From contig CM007991.1 in the NCBI GenBank assembly GCA_002189035.1, positions 1,364,001 to 1,428,000 of the forward strand: a DNA stretch of 64,000 nucleotides. The letters are read 5' to 3'. The notes beneath the pieces are model-generated. The model made no database searches and was not told the origin of the DNA. It saw only the letters and a list, made by a program, of their open reading frames with translations. This DNA comes from Utricularia gibba (taxonomy: Eukaryota > Plantae > Magnoliophyta). Within the stretch, counting starts at the first letter, position 1, and each line of letters opens with the position of its first letter. Below, piece by piece: positions 36,762 through 48,380 of this stretch. The position numbers and the translations under genes were made by a program.

Positions 36762-38313
36762 TGGTCCTGGCATCCTTGTGAAGGTCAAAAACGACAGCCA
36801 AAACAGCATTTTCTCATTTATTCCTTATATCAGATTGGGGTGATATCTTCTCACAAGTTACCTAGTTCTATGCCGATGATCGAAATTCGAGTTATGGCGG
36901 CTTCATTGAGGTCACAAAGGGCGGACATAAGCATAAGTTTTAAGCTCAACCAAGATATAAATAATCTCTAACTGCTACTGGCAGGGTCTGAAGAAGAATG
37001 GAAAGAGTAGAGAGCAGGGGAAGAACACCTCAGGATTCTTCCACGTACTCCATGTATCTCTCTCTACTCTGGTTGCAATCAACTTGAATTGGAAACGCTT
37101 ATATGGTAGAACCCACATCTTTGAGTGGCTTGGAATCATTTCATAAATATTAAATTCACGATTTTTGAAATTTTTTTGGGAAATGTTTGGTGTTATAATT
37201 TAATTAATGATGTATTTGAATTACTTATATTTAAATAAATATGTGTAATATATGGTTTGAAATTAATGATCTATTTGGTTAGTACATATTCGAAATATGT
37301 GTTTAAATTAATATTATATTTAATGAATATTTGTAAAAAAGGGAAAAAATAAATTAAATTCATTTCAGTCCTTCCGGTTGAGTGACCTAATCGTAGTGGT
37401 TAGATTGGCCTACTGAAGAAAAGGTGGTTAACAGGTTAATTTGTAATACATCAACATCGAGAGGGGTAAATCTGTCCACAGGGTGCATATTCTCCGACGC
37501 GGAGGAAGCAAGGTACAAGCAAAAGTTGCAGTGTCGGCGGATTCCGTGAGATCACACGCAGCTCACACCCAGCGTAGCTAAGCTGTCGCTTTCCATTCCC
37601 CTCCATCCAAGATCGATCTGTCATTTAATAATCTTTCTTCCGGTAGCGGAAAAGGGTGAGGAGAGCAGGAGCAGGAGCCGAAGCCGAAGCCGGAGCCGGA
37701 GAATACGTCACTGCTTGATCTATCCTCACCTTCCCCAGAAATCGCAGTTACTCATTCCTGCTCCTGATCCTTCTCCTGATTCTCTGTTTGAGAAGTGAGA
37801 CATTGGTGGGTTGATGCGGAAACAGCTGTTGTTGCCCATTGCACTCGGTAACTTGCGTGATGCTTAACTAAAGGTTAGTTGATGCAGTGCTGGTATTGTC
37901 GGCAATTGTCTTTTGAAGGTTGTGATTTCTCTGGATGTGGGAATGCTTTTTACTTAGCAAGAAATTATCTTTTCTTGCTTTACGCATTTGGGTTGTTTCT
38001 CTGGGCTATTTTAGTCTGGGTTGACTTGGGTTGTTCCTGAATTGGTGAACAATAGGAGAATGTTTTAGAGGTTGCGTTATTTGGATATGCACTTTGTTCC
38101 ATTAGAGTAGTGAAGCGCCGATCTTTGTGATCTGGGGTCACTGCGATGGGTTTCGTTTTGATTCTTGGTTGAACTGCTGGGTAAATGACGAAACCATATT
38201 TTCCGCTGACCGATTATTGCGCTACTTTTGTAGGTTGTGGAAGGCGCCTTTTTTCTGGACATCTTGTAGCTAGGTTATTCTGAATCTGTTTATTTAGTTC
38301 TTCTGCACTGGTC

Positions 38314-41300
38314 ATGGAATCAGATGCAGGAAACAAGGTTAGTTCTAAAATTTAGTTGATATGATGAGCAAGCTGAACAAAAGGTGTTTCAGGTGTTTAT
38401 TGGCTGTGATTCGTTTCTCGCCACTAAAATTCACTCTTTTTTGTACTCTTGTTGCATGTGTTTCATAATTACTGGTTGAAATGGAGTTAGTTACGATCAA
38501 GACCATGTTATGGACTGTACTTGTCATACTGAAGATATATGAGGTGCTCAATCTCTCTTCTCATCTGATGTTCAAATGGTTCACAGGGAAAAACTTCAAA
38601 GGCAATGGTACCTCAGATCTGTCAGATATGTGGCGATAGTGTTGGTGTGACTGCTGATGGAGAGCCATTTTCTGCATGTGATGTTTGTGCGTTTCCAGTT
38701 TGCAGACCTTGCTATGAATATGAGAGGAAGGAAGGTGATCAATGCTGTCCTCAGTGCAAGACCAAATACAAACAGCATCGAGGTAAACCTGGTATTCAGG
38801 TGATGAATATGTAATGTTAGACTTGATTATTTATAGCCATTGGATAGTGACAATTGTGGATGGGGTCTTCTCTGAGTTTCTTTCGCTTCACTTATTCTAG
38901 TTTTATGCTGCTATTTCTATGGCATTCCTTGATTTCTGAGACAAAGTCCAAACCTACCAAACAGGAAGTCCAGCAATTCATGGTGATGCTGGAGATGATG
39001 GTACCACTGCAGATGGTGTAAATGTTCAAGTGGATCACGAGAAACAAAAGATATCAGAGCGCATGTTGAGCTGGCACATGAACATGGAAAGAGGGGAAGA
39101 CGTTGGAGCACCAAAATATGATAGGGAGATCTCCCATACCCACATTCCATTGCTTACAAATGGAACAGATGTATGCAGCCTTTTATTCATGTGCTTATGG
39201 GCAATTCATTTAGCTTTCCTGAAATTTGAAATAATGTCTGCTCTTTGTAGGTTTCTGGAGAATTTTCTGCTGCATCACCTGGACGCCTTTCCATGGGATC
39301 TCCTCCACATGTTGGTGCTGGAAAACGTACATGCTAGACTTGATTTTTTTCGTCCACTTATTTTGTCCTATGGCAATCTCCTTCTATCTGGTCACTTTCC
39401 CTCCATGCAATAATGCTCCAGTGTTAATATTGAGCTCTTATGCTTGCAGCACGGATTGTTGATCCAGCAAGGGAGTTTGTATCTTCTGGAATGGGAAATG
39501 TAGCATGGAAGGAGAGAGTCGATGGCTGGAAGATGAAACAGGAAAAGCCTATTGCTCCCATGACTTCTAGCCATCCTCCTTCAGAAAGAGGTGCTGTTGA
39601 CATTGATGCTAGTACCGACATTCTTGTGGATGACTCTCTACTGTAAGCTTGACATCCCTTTTTTGAGATCCTGAGCATTTACGAAACCGAAACCACATAT
39701 TAGTTTCAAGTTGACAGTTGATTGTAGTTTGCCTCTTATCTTGCACACTGTTGTTATAGGTTGCAGAAATAATCATATTAGATTATATGCAACCAAAGGT
39801 GACATTGCTTCCTTTCTTTTTTAATTTTCAGGAATGATGAAGCCAGGCAGCCTCTATCAAGGAAGGTTTCCATTCCCTCCTCAAGGATAAACCCTTACAG
39901 GATGGTTATTATTTTGCGACTTGGAATTCTTTGTATTTTTCTGCATTATCGAATAACAAATCCTGTGCTGAATGCATATCCACTGTGGCTGATATCCGTC
40001 ATATGTGAGATCTGGTTTGCCATTTCGTGGATTCTCGATCAGTTTCCAAAATGGTTTCCAGTTAACCGGGAAACTTATCTTGACAGGCTTTCTCTTAGGT
40101 GAGAATTTTTTTTCTGTTTTTGGTTACTCTATCTGAGATGATGTTTTTGTTTTGTCTCAACTAGTTTTCAACACAACATTTCATTCAGTTTTATAAATCT
40201 CTTCATGATGGTCAAATTGCCCAGGTACGATCGTGAGGGTGAACCATCACAGCTAGCTGCTGTTGACATATTTGTCAGCACGGTTGACCCTCTAAAGGAG
40301 CCTCCTCTTGTTACTGCTAATACTGTACTTTCCATTCTTGCTGTGGACTATCCGGTTGATAAAGTCTCCTGCTATCTTTCCGATGATGGTTCTGCCATGC
40401 TAACATTTGAAGCTCTATCGGAAACAGCAGAGTTTGCACGGAAATGGGTTCCATTCTGCAAAAAGTACAGCATTGAGCCTCGAGCTCCAGAATGGTACTT
40501 TGCTCAGAAGATAGACTATTTAAAAGACAAAGTTCATCCATCATTTGTTAAAGATCGTAGAGCTATGAAGGTGAATTTTTTATTGAATGTGGGATTGACT
40601 ACTTGAATAATTTGATAATGTTTCCTTGTTGTGATGATCTCGTTGCAGAGAGAATATGAAGAATTTAAAATTCGTATAAATGCCCTTGTTGCTAAGGCTC
40701 AAAAAGTTCCTGAAGAGGGCTGGGTCATGCAAGATGGTACCCCCTGGCCTGGAAATAATACTAGGGATCATCCTGGAATGATACAAGTGAGCTAGTTCAT
40801 GTGGATGAACTTTTGTGGACTGCCATGAACTTTTGCAAATCAGTATTGAAGTTTGGGTGGATTCATTAATTTTTTCCGCATGCAGGTTTTTCTGGGACAA
40901 AGTGGAGGCCTGGACAGTGATGGCAATGAGCTTCCAAGACTGGTTTATATTTCTCGTGAGAAGCGTCCAGGCTTTCAGCATCACAAGAAAGCTGGTGCTA
41001 TGAATGCACTTGTACGTGTTTGATGGATGTTGAGCTTTAAAGCCATTATATCAATAACAATCTTAAATCTCAAATGCTTACTTTTGCAGGTCCGCGTTTC
41101 AGCTGTTCTTACAAATGGACCCTTCTTGTTGAATCTTGATTGTGATCACTACATAAATAATAGCAAGGCTCTGAGGGAAGCTATGTGCTTTCTTATGGAT
41201 CCAAATCTTGGGAAATATGTTTGCTATGTTCAGTTCCCACAAAGATTTGATGGCATAGATAGGAGTGATCGATATGCCAACAGAAACACTGTCTTCTTTG

Positions 41301-43456
41301 ATGTACGTTCATTATGTTACTGCTGTCTTTGATTTTTTCAAGTTTAGAGACACTAATTGTGTGAAGGAATGATTCGAGGACCCAGAAATGATATTGTAAT
41401 TGTTATTTTTTCCTTGTACAGATCAACTTGAGAGGCCTGGATGGTGTGCAAGGCCCGGTTTACGTGGGTACTGGGTGTGTCTTTAACAGAACAGCATTAT
41501 ATGGTTATGAACCTCCACACAAACCGAAGTCCAAGAAGGCTGCAATTTTTTCATCCTGTTTTGGTAGATCAAAAGACAAGAGTTCAAAGTCTAGCAAGAA
41601 GGGATCCAATAAAAAGAAGTCTAACAAGCCTGCTGATCCCACTGTTCCTATTTTTAGCTTAGATGATATAGAGGAAGGAATCGAAGGTATGCATTTATCT
41701 CTTCCTGCATCATGAAACTGTTTCTTTTGTAATGGATCCAATTTCTGATTCGTATGCATATGGATATTTCATTGGATTCAGCTACTATCAGTAGATGGTT
41801 GTCAAAGTTCAAAATTATCCATATTTTCTAGTTCTCCTTTCTAAATTTTTCTCAGCCTTATTTTTCTTTTCTTTTTGTTTTGTTTTTCCTGTCGCTGATT
41901 ATAACTTCTAACATGGAAGGTTTCCTGAGTATGCTGTTTCCTGTCATTCTAATTCTTCTGTATTTTTGGAAATCAGGTGCTGGGTTTGATGATGAGAAGG
42001 CATTACTCATGTCGCAGGTGAGCCTTGAGAAAAGATTTGGTCAATCTAGTGTGTTTGTTGCATCTACATTGATGGAGAATGGTGGTGTTCCTCAATCTGC
42101 AACACCTGAGACCCTTCTGAAAGAGGCCATCCATGTAATAAGCTGTGGCTATGAAGATAAGACAGAATGGGGAAGCGAGGTAAGCATTATAGATGTTATT
42201 TTCTGGAAGTTTGATGTTTCAGTATCACTTTTCTGAAGGCTTGGTAAAATTTTTGAAGTTGATTTTCCTGGAAGTTTCAAGTGAAAGTATTTGCACATAT
42301 TCTTGTTTCGCAGATTGGATGGATTTATGGATCTGTTACAGAAGATATTCTGACTGGGTTTAAAATGCATGCTCGTGGTTGGAGATCTATCTACTGCATG
42401 CCCCAGCTAGCAGCTTTCAAGGGATCAGCTCCAATAAATCTTTCTGATCGTTTGAACCAAGTGCTTCGATGGGCTTTGGGATCAGTGGAAATTTTGTTTA
42501 GCAGGCATTGTCCTATATGGTATGGTTATGGTGGTAGATTGAAATGGCTTGAGAGATTTGCTTATGTGAACACCACCATATACCCAGTCACTTCTATTCC
42601 CCTTGTGCTTTATTGTACGTTGCCAGCAGTTTGCTTACTTACGGGGAAGTTCATCATCCCACAGGTCAGTGCTTATCATAAACGTGTTGCTTAGACAGCC
42701 GTAGCCATGCATGCATTTAATTTCTCTTGCAGCCCATGATTTGGTTTCATGTTTTGGAAATATTAGATATGCTTGGTTAATGCTTGTAGGACTCTTTTTC
42801 TTCCACTGCAATATGTGTACTCTCGAAAAAAATAAACTTGTTACAGAACTAACTAGGGGTGTCTATTGCAGATTAGCAACCTTGCGAGTATCTGGTTCTT
42901 GTCCCTCTTCTTATCTATCTTTGCTACCGGAATACTGGAAATGAGGTGGAGTGGTGTTGGGATTGATGAATGGTGGAGGAATGAGCAGTTTTGGGTCATC
43001 GGAGGCGTCTCAGCTCACCTTTTCGCAGTCATCCAAGGTTTGCTCAAGGTTCTTGCCGGAATAGATACCAATTTCACCGTCACTTCCAAGGCATCCGACG
43101 AAGATGGAGATTTTGCGGAGCTCTACATGTTCAAATGGACAACCCTTCTGATTCCACCCACCACTCTTCTCATCGTAAACTTGGTGGGAGTTGTTGCAGG
43201 GATATCATATGCCATCAACAGCGGATACCAAGCATGGGGTCCTCTCTTTGGCAAGCTGTTCTTCGCCTTCTGGGTGATTGTGCATCTCTACCCCTTCCTC
43301 AAAGGTCTCATGGGTCGCCAGAACCGAACTCCGACGATCGTCGTCGTGTGGTCGATCCTCCTGGCATCCATCTTCTCGTTGTTGTGGGTTCGGGTTGATC
43401 CCTTCACCACCAGCTTTTCTGGCCCTGATGTGCAGGAGTGTGGAATCAACTGCTGA
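38314..43456 (+). CDS. CESA3: Cellulose synthase A catalytic subunit, CESA3-like (primary wall)
   Basis: MESDAGNK|GKTS...CQICGD RING zinc finger; DDG, DCD, TED and QVLRW catalytic motifs; ending [11 protein letters not shown]. Exons in frame with GT-AG introns. Confidence 0.93.
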
Positions 43457-43653
43457 AACTGCAGGCTGTGTGGAGGGATGTTGTTGGAAGCCTGTCCCTG
43501 TGTTTCTTTCCATTCTGTAATGTAAAATGCAAAGTCTTCTGAAAGATACGTACACTGTATGACCTGTTCAGCACTGAAGAGCCTATTATTCAGAGAGATT
43601 CATCAACACTGAGCTTGCCTTTTACTAGCAATACGGCGACGTTTTACCTTGCC

Positions 43654-44491
43654 ATGCCCCCTCCCAATTTAGGGTTTTCCTCTGCAATTGGGAGGGTTTA
43701 TCTGGAAAATGAGAATGGCGGGGCTGGTGTATACTCTGCTAACCTGAAGAAGAACTACATTTTGGCAAATGATGAGTGGAAAGAAGACGCCATGCCTGAT
43801 CCTTGATGGACCCAATGTATATGACTTCATTGACCCTGATATACTGGTACGTCTTGAGGAGCTAGAACGAGAAGAAAGTGTCCTGCAGGCTCTAGGAGAA
43901 AATGATGACTTTGAAATGGATGGGAACGAGCTTTCACCTGAAGAAAAAGCCATCCTGACGGAGATCAGGAGAAAGAAAAGCTTGCTTATCCAGCAGCACA
44001 GGATGAAGAAGAGCACTGCTGGAAACCGACCAATCGTACCCAGGAAGTTTGACAAGGAAAGAGAATTCACTATTGAAAGGATGGGAAGGCAGTTGTCATC
44101 AATAGGTCTCGATCCAACCATGGCAATCAATCGAGCTCGATCCAGGGGACGTAAGACAGAAAGGTCCATCGCCGAAGCGGGTGATGATCGAATGGAAGTT
44201 GATGAAGCTCGGTGGAACAAGATGCAGAGGGTGAGTCTGAGTCTGAGCCTGAGCTTTAACCCCCGCCACATACCAGCGACATCAAGAGAACCGTATAATC
44301 TTAGTTCCGGAATGCCATCCGTTCTTATAGCAACGGATAGTGAGAAAAGGTCAATCAAAAAGGCCAAGACCGCAGACAAGAACAGGAACAAGAACGCTCG
44401 CAGAGGCGAGGCAGACAGGGTCATCCCGAACCTCAAACCGAAACACTTGCTTTCCGGCAAGCGCTCCACCGGAAAAACGCAGAGGCGTTAA
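43654..44491 (+). pseudogene. NOG1: 5'-truncated nucleolar GTP-binding protein 1 remnant (NOGCT and C-terminus only)
   Basis: LENENGGAGVYSANLKKNYILANDEWKED, then after a 2-nt loss ILDGPNVYDFIDPDILVRLEELEREE ... ARRGEADRVIPNLKPKHLLSGKRSTGKTQRR*. No GTPase domain upstream; the CESA3 stop is 197 bp before. Confidence 0.82.
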
Positions 44492-44766
44492 CTCCGCCGG
44501 GGCGTTACAGCGTCTCTGTTTTGTTTTGAGTAATTTCGTGTGCTGTAAATTTTCTTAGGCATATTTGGTTTTAAGGCAGTTTCTGTATATTCTATCTTTT
44601 ATTTTCCTTTTATAGAACTTCTTTCTATAAGCGGCAGCGGCAAGTCTAATTACTGATTAGTTAACTCTAATCCTTGGGCTGACGGCCCAATTGGTTTTCC
44701 TTGGAAGATTCTTTTTTTATGATTGTTGTTTGTCCATAGAGTTTCGGATCGGAGCTGAGCCGACCA

Positions 44767-46301
44767 ATGGCGATACTTTACGCCCTGGTGGCGCGTGGCG
44801 CAGTGGTGCTATCGGAATACAGCGCGACATCAACCACCGCCAATGCTATTGCCCGGCAGATCCTCGATAAAATCCCCGGAACCAACGATACGCATGCTTC
44901 CTACTCGCAGGATCGCTACATATTCCACGTGAAACGAACCGATGGGCTTACCGTCCTCTGTATGGCCGACGAGACCGCAGGAAGTAGGTTTTCGGGTGTT
45001 TCAATTCCTGCTTTCGATCGATCAAATGGTGTTTCCTAATCTTGAATTGATGGTAGAGAATTGGATTCGATTAGACTAGTGTCTTAAATGTTGAGATGAG
45101 ATCGATTCGTAGAGTTCGGACTGACTTTTTTGTTCTGAAAATCGCCGCTTCGGTGTTTTCTGGAGGAATAGCACTAAGTCCTGAATTTTTTCCCCTGCAG
45201 TGTCATTTTATGACTCGTCTTCTCGTTTCCAATTCATCTCTTGTCACAATGTATGCAGGGAGGATTCCTTTTGCATTTCTTGAGGAAATTCATCAAAGAT
45301 TTGTCAGGACATATGGTCGAGCTGTCTTAACTGCCCAAGGATATGCAATGAACGAGGAATTCTCGAGGGTTCTTTGTCAGCAAATGGAGTATTTTTCGAA
45401 TGACCCAAATGCTGACAGGATGAACCGAATTAAAGGTGAAATGAGCCAGGTGATTACTCGATAAATATTTTGCTTCTTACTACTACGTTATCCGGATGAA
45501 TCTTTTGGTGGGATGTTCCTTTGTTCATGTGTTTTTATTCCTAAATTGCCTATGCAAATTTCCTATTTTTTGTTTTGCCAAGAGGTTGATTTCTAAGATG
45601 TGCACTTATTATTCTTCAAGGTTCGGAATGTTATGATCGAGAACATTGATAAGGTTTTAGAGAGAGGCGACAGACTGGAATTGTTGGTTGACAAAACTGA
45701 AACCATGCAAGGAAACACTTTACGGTTTAGAAGGCAAGCTCGACGCTTTAGAAACACAGCCTGGTGGAAAAACGTAAAGCTGATGTAAGCGTGTCAAAAT
45801 CATTGCTCTTTTTTTTTTCTTGATATTTTTAGATATTCCAATTGAAAGAAGCTCTGTCTAGAAATTTCAGTTCACGAGTTAACAATCCTAGTTGTTTCTT
45901 GCTTTTCGTAAACTAGGAATTGAAGGGTGGCATGGTAGATGGAAGAGGAAAGAAAATAGTGTAGGCTCTATGATTAATCTTCTCCCTAATAAGAGTTCTT
46001 CCAGTTCACATAACAGTATAGGCGCAAACCTTCACTTGATTTTGAAAAATTCGTTCTTTGAATGGCAAGATTTGCATATGGAGAAGTGAGAGGCTTAATC
46101 TAATAGTGTGAGGGTTGAAACTCTCATGGTAGTCTCGACTTTCTGCTGCATCAATGCATTCCATCCATAATGTGCTTCTGTTTCTAACTTTGATTGGTAT
46201 GGTATTTTAGAATCCTTCTGGTGATTCTTCTTCTGGTCATCGCATATGTCATTACGGCCTTTGTTTGCCATGGTCCTACTCTCCCCTCCTGTGTGAAGTG
46301 A
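44767..46301 (+). CDS. VAMP711-like: VAMP71-type R-SNARE (longin + synaptobrevin + TM), 4 exons
   Basis: Exons 44767-44983, 45259-45449, 45621-45784, 46211-46301. MAILYALVARG; VMIENIDKVLERGDRLELLVDKT; TM segment ending CHGPTLPSCVK*. Confidence 0.92.
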
Positions 46302-46430
46302 AGAAGCGAGCGTCCTTGGCATCCAGATGTTGTTGGGGAAAATCAGAATCCCCCAACACAGTGTGGTGCATTGTCTTCACAGTATGGAGAGTAACTCCCA
46401 TATCCTCAAGGTGTGTTGTTGCTTTCCCTT

Positions 46431-46452
46431 CTCTCTCTCTCTCTCTCTCTCT
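46431..46452. repeat. (CT)n microsatellite in VAMP71 3' region
   Basis: Uninterrupted CT run visible in the sequence. Confidence 0.85.
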
Positions 46453-47112
46453 TTTTTTCTTTTTTTTTCTTCTTTCGGTCTTATGCAGCTGTGCCTCCCA
46501 TTGGTACACTCTGCAGTATAGATTGATATATTTATTTACTCCAACGAGTGGATTTCTGGTTGCCAAAACAACGGTGGTTTGATAAAATATTATAGAATGG
46601 CGGTAAAAAATCAAAAGACAAGGGAAAACTTTCTATCTCATGTATTAAAATTAAAATTTTACACTTTCAATAACAATAAATAGTTACTTTTCGAAATCAT
46701 CCTCACACCGAGAGGCTACTGGTTGACAAAAAGGGAGACGTAAGGGAGGGGTTCCGGCCGTGGAGAAGGGTTGCAGAACAGGAAGAACGGCGAGGGAAAT
46801 AACCGGAGGGAGGAAGACGCCGGAGGAGGAGGAGGTCTGCGATTGGAGTGCCGTCGGATCGGATGTGACCAGAAGTGGTTTTTTTTTAATTAAAAAAAAA
46901 ACCCAGACATGAGGGTCCAGGCATCCGTATTATACGGGTCCCCGAGGTCAAGCAGGGGTCAACTCATTTCAATGACGCGCGCGCGCGCACTCTGACTGCT
47001 AATGCCCCCTGGTCGTGACGTGACCCCCGAGTGCCAAATTTAGGTCATGTGCTCGCATGATGTGACACACAGTTGGCGGATGGCCGGTGTTGTAATATTC
47101 ATTTTTCACATA

Positions 47113-47494
47113 CCGTGCGTTTCGTTGGTGGGATAATAAGTAATAATTAAATAGTATATCATTATCCTATATTTGATTACGATTAATTAATTAATTATCT
47201 ATTAATGTATGAATTTCTCATACCATAAAAATAAAATAAAATAATCCAGGATTGTTGTATAGTATTTTTTAATCCCATTCAATAATATTATAAATCTACT
47301 TTGTTTTTTTTTTGTAAAAAACTAAATTCAAAAAAATAGAAAAATTTATATTATTTTAATTATACAAATAATTATCATATCTCAATTATCACAACACAAA
47401 CCAAACACATCAAAATACATTAACATCTAATCTTACCCCACTATTCTACTTAATTTTATTTTGGTATAACTTATATCTCGAACCCAACGCACCA
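47113..47494. mobile_element. Candidate Tourist/PIF-like MITE (about 380 bp)
   Basis: Imperfect TIRs GTGCGTTTCGTT (47115) and reverse complement GTGCGTTGGGTT (47481-47492), 10/12 match. TA on both flanks; AT-rich interior. Confidence 0.45.
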
Positions 47495-47685
47495 TACATT
47501 AATAATAAAAAGATTACTTTTCAAAATCTCTGTTGTCAACTCCCATCGTGCGCTGCGCACACTATTCCTTGGAGTGGCCAGCAATTATATGGCTGGTTTT
47601 GGTGCATCCTTGTCTCTGGGGATTCCCGTCTTCTCCTGTCCTAACGTTCCGTCAACCTGCAAAGAAACGTGGTCCGATCCATACA

Positions 47686-48380
47686 TCAAATCTGTTTGGT
47701 TTTTGTGAGATGGATCATAAATTCTAACATGCAGAGAGACAACAACACACACGAGAGAACATAATCCCTCTTCTTGTCTCTACTTCCTTTGTTCCAGTTC
47801 AAAGCACCGCGTGATGGACGAAGTCAACGAGTCTCCCCCATTTCCTACCATGTTCCGAGATCACTTATGGGTCGTTTTATTTGATTCAATAAAATATAAA
47901 TTGACAATCAAATAAACCAAAACTTCTAAATTGTTCTACTTTTTCTCGCTTGTATTTGATAATAAAATTAGTTTCGAAACCAATATCAGGTCTTGGTTAT
48001 TATTATTAGGTCATGACTTATGATGGGAATGTTGGTGGAGCATATTCTCTTCACACAAATCTGTTTGGTTTTTGTGACATGGATGATCCGATCCACTCCG
48101 CTCTGTTTGGTGTTTTCTTTGAGTTCAAAACACCTGGTTACAAACGAAGTCAATGAGTCTTCCCCCCATTTGCTAGCATCGAGATCAAACCATAGATTCA
48201 TATACGGGTCTATTTCTTTGAAAATATTTTTCGATAACCAATTTTAATAAACCATACTTTTAAAATTTTATTTTTCTCAAAAAACAGTCGTTCGTATTTG
48301 ATAATAAAATCAATTTTGAAACGAATATTAGGTCTTAAGGTGTTATTAGGTCATGACTTTTGATGGCGATATTGGTGGAG
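47686..48380. repeat. Diverged tandem duplication, two units of about 330-370 bp
   Basis: Shared blocks in the same order: CAAATCTGTTTGGTTTTTGTGA (47686/48056), ACGAAGTCAAYGAGTCT, GTATTTGATAATAAAAT, TATTAGGTCATGACTTWTGATGG, TTGGTGGAG. Confidence 0.85.

Noticed and set aside
37655-37705. SRSRSR-like hexamer repeat suggesting an SR protein
   Set aside because: No ATG between the upstream stop (37547) and the repeat. It is best read as a simple repeat in the CESA3 leader.
43669-44469. 266-aa minus-strand ORF
   Set aside because: Antisense shadow of the NOG1 remnant with no recognisable motifs. The same applies to the shadow ORFs over the TZF, PPR and OBE4 genes.
47780-47851. NGGD similarity to IRONMAN/FEP peptides
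   Set aside because: The defining C-terminal D-rich GYDYAPAA motif is absent.
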